From contig JBDRRP010000037.1 of assembly GCA_043825735.1 (NCBI GenBank), forward strand, positions 1 through 58,468: a DNA stretch of 58,468 nucleotides. The letters are read 5' to 3'. The translations under genes were made by a program, and so were the position numbers. Of the stretch, positions 57,593-58,468 are shown piece by piece. Position 1 is the first letter of the stretch. Each line of letters opens with the position of its first letter. This stretch comes from Pseudomonadota bacterium. Lineage in GTDB: Bacteria > Desulfobacterota > Desulfobacteria > Desulfobacterales > JBDRRP01. Below the pieces are notes generated by a model. It saw nothing but the letters and a program-made list of their open reading frames with translations. It did not search any database and was not told where the DNA came from.

Positions 57593-58468
57593 TTATCCGA
57601 TGATCGGGTCCATGGACAGGGCCGGATGGCCTTTTTCCTTGAGGAAGGGCATGATCTCCTCCTCGGTGATGCCCACGGTCTCGTCGGCGATCATGTCGTA
57701 GAGACCCGGTACGCCGAGCTCTGCTCCACGCTTTTCGATGCGCTCCTTGATCTCTTCCTTCAGGCTCTTGGGCATCCAGACCATGCGCAGCAGCCCGCCG
57801 TCGCCCAGGATGAACTTACGCTGGGTGATGTTGAACTTGCTGTGGCCCACGAACCCCGGCGAGCTCGCCCCGCCGCCCATCACACCGGCCAGCGTGGTGA
57901 ACTTCATCCCGCAGGGGGTTTCACCCGTGTAATCGCGGTGAACGGTCATCACCCCGTTGCAGCTCGGCAGCATCGCCGCGATCGCCTCGCAGCAGCCGCA
58001 GGTCGTCATCGGCTCCTGTACCATTGAGTAAAAATTGTAGCTACTGATGGCACCGCGCGAGGCCTTGGCGATGAACGCGTTGACCCCGGCAAAGGTGCCC
58101 AGCTTCGGATTCAGGCACTCGCCCTTCTCGATGGGCTGGTTGGGGCCGGTGGGGTTGATCTCAAAGGAGGCCTTGCAGTCCATCCAGTTGTAGGCGCCGC
58201 AAAGACCCGTGCGCTCCGGGCTCACCGTGCACACATGCGTCGGGGCAAAGCTCTGGCACAGCGTACAGCTGTAGAAGGTCTCAACGTCTTCGTCGGTCAT
58301 CTTCTCCACACGCTCGTCACGGAACCGGTACTCGGCGCGTGCCGTCTTGGTCAGCGCATCCACCTTCTTTTTGTCGGTAATCAAGGTGACCTGCACCTTG
58401 TCCAGGATCGAACCAAAATCCTGGTGGAACTTGGCGTGCAGCACCACCCCGATGTCTTTTAACGTGAA
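57593..58468 (-). CDS. acsB: Acetyl-CoA synthase, C-terminal part (5' end outside the window)
   Basis: CTLCQSFAP, GLCGA, PMTTCGCCE A-cluster ligands and VWMPK. Confidence 0.95.
   Translation of the reverse strand, partial: FTLKDIGVVLHAKFHQDFGSILDKVQVTLITDKKKVDALTKTARAEYRFRDERVEKMTDEDVETFYSCTLCQSFAPTHVCTVSPERTGLCGAYNWMDCKASFEINPTGPNQPIEKGECLNPKLGTFAGVNAFIAKASRGAISSYNFYSMVQEPMTTCGCCEAIAAMLPSCNGVMTVHRDYTGETPCGMKFTTLAGVMGGGASSPGFVGHSKFNITQRKFILGDGGLLRMVWMPKSLKEEIKERIEKRGAELGVPGLYDMIADETVGITEEEIMPFLKEKGHPALSMDPIIG

Overview
Chromosomal window from a GC-rich anaerobe, most likely a sulfate-reducing Desulfobacterota (Desulfosarcina/Desulfobacteraceae-like). This is inferred from the acsB-acsC-acsE Wood-Ljungdahl genes, the protein style and the intergenic repeat families. 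Left to right: partial MCP with a cheW remnant; an AT-rich, translationally coupled operon (corrinoid protein, UroD/MtaA-fold protein lacking its Zn ligands, DUF1638 protein, cytoplasmic hybrid kinase); a Cache hybrid kinase; pqiAABC; a DUF4384 plus ankyrin-caspase lipoprotein locus; a signal-peptide-bearing deaminase; a chromate resistance operon; two DUF1538 genes with a PII-like gene; aspS/hisS; a decayed vapBC pair; TRAP-panB-panG; a membrane protein/VWA lipoprotein pair; a 7TM-PAS protein; an M16C peptidase; rsmA; a CHAT lipoprotein; a methyltransferase; a giant PPDK-like dikinase lacking the pyruvate domain abutting an atypical GAPDH; and acsE/acsC/acsB. Intergenic DNA is dense with MITEs, REP-like elements, inverted short-tandem-repeat elements and gene remnants. 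The best candidates for undescribed systems are the corrinoid-linked signalling operon (1553-5947) and the dikinase-GAPDH pair (48741-54170). No rRNA, tRNA or CRISPR array was seen. Family assignments come from motif recognition by eye, not from database searches.
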